Source of the DNA: an uncultured Planctomycetaceae bacterium
Lineage (GTDB): Bacteria; Planctomycetota; Planctomycetia; Planctomycetales; Planctomycetaceae
Length of the DNA: 64,000 nucleotides
Reading direction: 5' to 3'
Assembly: GCA_963815195.1 (NCBI GenBank)
Contig: CAWFGE010000007.1
Coordinates: 96,001-160,000 of the forward strand
Below are positions 59,129 through 64,000 of the stretch, piece after piece (position 1 is the first letter of the stretch; each line of letters begins with the position of its first letter). Below the pieces are notes generated by a model, which was given only the letters and a program-made list of their open reading frames with translations, had not been told where the DNA came from and did no database searches. Made by a program: the position numbers and the translations under genes.

Positions 59129-60289
59129 TCATGCGTGACGGGCGGGCGGGTCGGATTGCAAGGATTCTCGCCCGGCGGACAGAAACTCCACCGGAAGCTC
59201 GGTCCGGCCCTCCAAAGCCAAATCCGCCAAGGCCTGGCCCAAGACGCCGGTAAACTTAAAACCATGCCCCGAAAAGCCGGCCCCGATCGCGACGTTGTCC
59301 CACTCGGGATGGCGGTCGATGAAAAAATGCAAATCCGGAGTCATCGTATACAGGCACACGATGTGGCGGTGCATCTTCGGCTCCACAGAGGGCAGACATT
59401 CGCCGATGAACGTTTCGATTTGCTTTTGATCGGCGGAATGCAGCGCGCGATCCACCGCACCGGGGTCGGCCACCGTCTCGCCGCCCGAGTGCTCCGCGAG
59501 CTTCAGATGCCGGCCGCCCGATCCCGGCAGTCCGTAAAACACCCCGGTGGGCAGTTCAAACAAAAACGCCGGCATCCGAGCCGCGTTTTCTTGAAACTCC
59601 TCCCGCAACGGATACCAGAACACGGGCTTTCTAAGCACCCGAAGAGGCAATCCCAATTCGCCCAGCACTTTTCCCGCCCAGGCGCCGGCCGTGATGATCA
59701 GTTTCTTCGCTTCGTACTCATTCCGGTCGGTGCGGACTTTGACGGTCTTTCCATCGCTCGACCATTCGAGAGCGGTCTCGTTGGTTTTGAGCAAACCGCC
59801 CCGCCGCTGCGCTTGCTCGATGTGCGATTGCACGCAGCGCTCCACGAACAAATATCCGGCATCCGGTTCGTGCACCGCGGAGAACTCCTCCGCAAAGTTA
59901 ATGCCAGGGAACTGTTTCCCGGCTTCTTGGGGCGAAAGCTCGTCCAAATGCAAGCCATGCTGTTTTGCGGAGATTTTGGCTCCGCCGACGGCTTCGCCAT
60001 CCGCAGGACCGGCCAAGAGGACGCCCGCCAACTGCATGAGAGGCTCGCCGGATTCCGCTTCCAGATCCCGCCAAAGATCGTAAGCGCGAATCGCCAGCGG
60101 GACGTAATTGGGATGCTCGAAATAGGCTTTGCGGATGATGCGGGTCTCGCCGTGCGAGCTGCCGCGGTCGTGGGCGATGCCGAACTGCTCGAGGCCCAAC
60201 ACGCGAACGCCGCGCTTCGCGAGATGATAAAACGCCCCGCTCCCAAACCCCCCGACGCCGAGCACGATGCAATCGTAAGTTTCACTCAT
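59129..60289 (-). CDS. solA: N-methyl-L-tryptophan oxidase / monomeric sarcosine oxidase family
   Basis: GVGGFG FAD motif, GSSHGETRIIRKAY, CLYTMTPD and GFSGHGFKF. Confidence 0.9.
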   Translation of the reverse strand: MSETYDCIVLGVGGFGSGAFYHLAKRGVRVLGLEQFGIAHDRGSSHGETRIIRKAYFEHPNYVPLAIRAYDLWRDLEAESGEPLMQLAGVLLAGPADGEAVGGAKISAKQHGLHLDELSPQEAGKQFPGINFAEEFSAVHEPDAGYLFVERCVQSHIEQAQRRGGLLKTNETALEWSSDGKTVKVRTDRNEYEAKKLIITAGAWAGKVLGELGLPLRVLRKPVFWYPLREEFQENAARMPAFLFELPTGVFYGLPGSGGRHLKLAEHSGGETVADPGAVDRALHSADQKQIETFIGECLPSVEPKMHRHIVCLYTMTPDLHFFIDRHPEWDNVAIGAGFSGHGFKFTGVLGQALADLALEGRTELPVEFLSAGRESLQSDPPARHA

Positions 60290-60312
60290 GGATTGGACCT
60301 GTCGGCAAGACG

Positions 60313-61692
60313 TTACTCTGTGGAGTGATGGTTCTTCTGCCGCTCCGCATACATCGCGCGGAAGCTTTGTTTGGGCATCGGCGGCAGTTCGCGGCGTCGG
60401 CCCCAGGCGTTCATGCGGTTGTACGTCAAAAACCGGGGCAGCTTGGGCAGCGTGAAGCGGGCGAGCCAGCCCAGGCTGCGGTAGATTCGCGGATGCCGAA
60501 ACACGAAGCCCGCGAACTTCATCGACCAGCGTTTGCTCCAGGCGAGTTGCCCGCGAACGTTGATCTCCCGCCGCCAGGTGAGGAGCTGATGATGCAGATC
60601 GATCTTCACCGGACAAACATCGGTGCAAGACCCGCAGAGGCTGCACGCGAAAGGCAGGCTGGAATACGTTTTAGAATCGCGGGCGGGGTTCAAGATCGAG
60701 CCGATCGGCCCGGGGACCGTCGCTTCGTAGCTGTGGCCTCCGCTGCGGCGATAGACGGGGCAGGTATTCATGCAGGCTCCGCAGCGAATGCAGTTGAGCG
60801 AGCGGCGGAAATCGGAACTGCCCAAGATGTCGCTGCGGCCGTTGTCCAACAGAATGATGTGCAGTTCCCCGCCGGGTTTCGGGCCGTGGAAATGCGACGA
60901 GTAGGTCGTAATCGGCTGCCCCGTGGCCGATCGCGCGAGCAAGCGGAGGAACACACCCAAATCCTCTGTGCGGGGAATCAGTTTTTCGATGCCCATGCAG
61001 GCGATGTGCAAGTTCGGCAGCGACACGCCCAAGTCGGCGTTGCCTTCGTTGGTGCAGACGACGAACCCACCGGTCTCGGCGATCGCAAAATTCACCCCGG
61101 TGATGCCCGCGTCGGCCCCCAGGAATTTTTGGCGCAAATGTCCGCGGGCCGCTTCGGTGAGGTACTTGGGATCGCTGGCCCCGGCCTTTGTCCCCAAATG
61201 CTCATGAAACAGTTCGCCGACTTCTTCCTTTTTGATGTGGATCGCCGGCAGCACGATGTGGCTGGGATGTTCGTGCCGCAACTGCACGATGCGTTCGCCG
61301 AGGTCGGTGTCGATGACTTCCATCCCGTGCCGTTCCAGAAACGGATTGAGATGGCATTCCTCCGTCAGCATCGATTTGCTTTTGACGATCTTTTTCGCAT
61401 TGTGTTTTTGGAGGATGTCGAGCACGATCTGGTTGTGTTCGGCGGCGTCTTTGGCCCAATGCACCGTCGCCCCCTGCTGCTGGGCGTTTTGTTCAAACTG
61501 CTCCAGATAATCGCCGAGCTTGGATGCGGTGTGCTGCTTGACCTGGGACGCAAGTTCCCTAAGGGTTTCCCACTCCGGCAGAGAATGTGCGCATTTGTCC
61601 CGCTTGGCCCGCACGAACCACAGGGCTTTATCGTGCCAATGCGCGCGGTCTTCGTTCTGGGTGAATTCTCTGGCTAACGTGGCGTGAGACAT
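60313..61692 (-). CDS. lutB: L-lactate utilization iron-sulfur protein B (LutB/LldF)
   Basis: KSKSMLTEE, PSHIVLPAIH, TNEGN, CIRCGAC and CSLCGSC. Confidence 0.93.
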   Translation of the reverse strand: MSHATLAREFTQNEDRAHWHDKALWFVRAKRDKCAHSLPEWETLRELASQVKQHTASKLGDYLEQFEQNAQQQGATVHWAKDAAEHNQIVLDILQKHNAKKIVKSKSMLTEECHLNPFLERHGMEVIDTDLGERIVQLRHEHPSHIVLPAIHIKKEEVGELFHEHLGTKAGASDPKYLTEAARGHLRQKFLGADAGITGVNFAIAETGGFVVCTNEGNADLGVSLPNLHIACMGIEKLIPRTEDLGVFLRLLARSATGQPITTYSSHFHGPKPGGELHIILLDNGRSDILGSSDFRRSLNCIRCGACMNTCPVYRRSGGHSYEATVPGPIGSILNPARDSKTYSSLPFACSLCGSCTDVCPVKIDLHHQLLTWRREINVRGQLAWSKRWSMKFAGFVFRHPRIYRSLGWLARFTLPKLPRFLTYNRMNAWGRRRELPPMPKQSFRAMYAERQKNHHSTE

Positions 61693-61720
61693 GTCGGGCT
61701 AAAACAGATTAAGATTAAGA

Positions 61721-62515
61721 TTAAGAATAACTGCCGTGCGCCGGTGTCTCTGCACTCGCGAGGATCTCCGCGACGTGCATGACGCGGATGGGTTTGTGCT
61801 GCCGGCGGATGAGGCCTTCGAGGTGCATCAGACAGGACATGTCGGCCGCGGTGAGCACTTCGGTGCCGGCTTGTTCGTGGTCGTGGATGCGGTCGTTGCC
61901 CATCATGCAGGAGACGGCTTCCTCGTTCACCGCGAACGTGCCGCCGAACCCGCAGCATTCATCCGCACGCTCGAGCTCGGCGAACGTGATGCCCTCCATC
62001 GTCTCAAGCAATCGGCGGACTTTGTTGACCGACTCTTTAGCCAACTCGCTCGCCGATCCCAACCGAAGTTCCCGCAGCCCGTGACAACTCTGATGCAGTC
62101 CTACCTTGTGCGGAAATCGGCCTTCGATTCTTTCGACCTGGAGGACATCGTGCAGAAATTCGCAGAGTTCGTAGGTCTTCGATTTGAGTTCCTCAAAACC
62201 CGGCCGGCCCGAAAGAAATTCCTCGTAATGCTGCCGAACCATCGCCACGCAGCTTCCCGACGGACAGACGATGGCATCGTAAGGCATGAAGAGCCTTAAA
62301 AACTTCTCGGCGAGCGGGCGGGCTTCCTCGGTGCAGCCGGTGTTCGCCATCGGCTGACCGCAGCAGGTTTGCTCGGCGGGGAAATCGATCTCGAACGCTT
62401 GCCCTTCTCTCGCGGCCCATGCCGAGCCGTACTTCTCCAACACGCGAACCGTCGCCAGGCCCACGTGGGGGAAAAGCTGGTCAATATAACAGGGGATAAA
62501 CAAACCAATCCGCAT
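61721..62515 (-). CDS. lutA: L-lactate utilization protein A (LutA/LldE, CCG domains)
   Basis: QTCCGQP, PSGSCV, HQSCHGLR and ECCGFGGTF. Confidence 0.92.
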   Translation of the reverse strand: MRIGLFIPCYIDQLFPHVGLATVRVLEKYGSAWAAREGQAFEIDFPAEQTCCGQPMANTGCTEEARPLAEKFLRLFMPYDAIVCPSGSCVAMVRQHYEEFLSGRPGFEELKSKTYELCEFLHDVLQVERIEGRFPHKVGLHQSCHGLRELRLGSASELAKESVNKVRRLLETMEGITFAELERADECCGFGGTFAVNEEAVSCMMGNDRIHDHEQAGTEVLTAADMSCLMHLEGLIRRQHKPIRVMHVAEILASAETPAHGSYS

Positions 62516-62716
62516 GAAACCTACCGGCAGGTTTTATCTGGTGAGGTCAATCGTCGGTCTTCTTTCCATATTATAGTGCCCGGAGCCAGGGAAGCGAACC
62601 GTTCCTCCGTTTCGGAAAATTCGAGGGGACGCTCGCCGAATCGAGCGAGACTTCTTAAAGTAATCACTTTCTCTTGATATGACTTCTCAGGCGAATGCAA
62701 CCAACGAGGAACGAAC

Positions 62717-64000
62717 GTGGCGGAAAGTCCGAAACCGGTGCCCGAAACCGCGAACAATGAGGAAGAAGGGGGAAGCCTCGTCTGGCTGTTGGCCACGATG
62801 GTCGCCATGGCGGGGTGGGGGTTGTGTCACGCGCTGGGCTGGACTTTGGCCAGTTTGATGTTTGCCGTGATCTTGATTTCGATCGTCATCAAAGAAGCGT
62901 GCGACCCCTTCGCCGATGCCGCCCAATGGGTGGGAGACACGTTTCACATCCCCGGTTCCGTGCGCGGGGCCACCTTGGACGCCATCTCCAGTTCGATGCC
63001 GGAACTCTTCAGCGGGATTTTCTTCGTCGTGGTGGCCTTGGGGGCGATTACGCAGCCGGACGTGACAGAGCGGCCTTTGACCGCAAAAGAGATGCAAAAG
63101 GCCAAAGAAGAAGCCGGCGCGGAAGGCTATGGCTCGACGATCGCCACCTGCGCCGGAAGCGCGGTTTATAACATGATTTTGATCCCCGCGTTTTGTGCCT
63201 TGTTCATTTCCTACTACCGGCCGCATCGGCCCACGATCGATATCGAGAACGAGGTCATCGCCCGCGACGGGTTTTGGTCCGTGGGCTGCCAGTTTTTGCT
63301 GATCGTGTTCTTGTTCCAAGACAGCATGCATTGGTGGATGGCCATCGTGTTCTTGGGGCTTTATGTCATCTATATTTTGCAACTCGTGCGCGACGCCCGC
63401 CGCTACCGCCGGCAAATGCGACTGGTCACGTCGCGGCTCGAGGCCGTCGGCGTGGAGGCCTCCAACACCGAAGTGATCGCGAACCTGCATGCCGAGGATG
63501 TCTCCGTTTCCAAAACGATCGTGGACAAAGCCCGCCAACGCTTGAAAGGCGAGGACGAAGAGGAGGAAGAGACCCCCGAAAGCGCCGGGGCCTTGTTCGG
63601 TTTTTGGGGGATTCCGCTCCACGGTATGTCGGCGACGATTATCCTCCTCGTCTGCACAATCACCGCGGCGACGGCGTGTTACTATCTCGTCGAAGTCACC
63701 CGCGAAACGGCGGTGCAGTTGAACGTGCCTGTGTTTTTCGTGGCGGTGATCATCGCGGCGGCGGCGTCTTCGGTCCCGGACACACTGCTCTCCATCGGCT
63801 CTGCCAAACGGGGCGACGATTCGGCGCGGTGTCCAACGCCTTCGGCTCCAACATTTTCGACATCTGCGTCTGCCTGGCCATTCCCCTGCTGGTCAATTCC
63901 GCCCTCAACGGCTGGGAACCGGTGAGCCTGCTCCAAGACGGCGAACCGATGCATGGCCTCGTCGGGCTGCGAGTTCTCTTGGCCGTGATGACCGTGGTCA
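62717..64000 (+). CDS. Sodium:calcium (CaCA) antiporter; apparent frameshift at ~63825; runs off the right edge
   Basis: alpha1 GATLDAISSSMPEL...GSAVYN and alpha2 AAASSVPDT...GAVSNAFGSNIFD, the latter in the shifted frame. Confidence 0.9.

Noticed and set aside
61705..61730. (GATTAA)3 microsatellite at the lutA stop, and (GTTCCAA)2 at ~43100
   Set aside because: Short simple repeats with no evident functional consequence.

Overview
GC-rich bacterial DNA, very probably a planctomycete (LEDRVLLA N-terminal motif, planctomycete-type LRR and short SecA paralogue). Bases 1-~9.95 kb are the right end of an element integrated in a tRNA-Thr(CGT) gene; the 3' tRNA half at 9953-9998 is the att scar. 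The element carries a type I R-M operon on the minus strand: hsdM-hsdS-[DUF3800, two small ORFs, Fic]-hsdR. Two non-coding structures sit in that cargo. The first is a ~56-nt structured sRNA with its own sigma70 promoter and U-tract, transcribed convergently to the DUF3800 gene; this is the best candidate for a poorly characterised protein-RNA defence module. The second is a 70-bp tandem array of seven palindromic boxes between fic and hsdR. The chromosomal part holds an enolase-superfamily gene, a ~23.5-kb gene for a ~7,850-aa secreted multidomain protein, aroB-like, tyrS, trpC, LRR, ClC, an unannotated 48-aa sORF, GntP, a CDP-tyvelose/paratose cassette (rfbFGH-rfbS-rfbE plus GT2), a hydrolase, parvulin, short SecA, solA, lutAB and a Na/Ca antiporter. 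About 14 apparent frameshifts look like sequencing indels, and most fall at GCGC.
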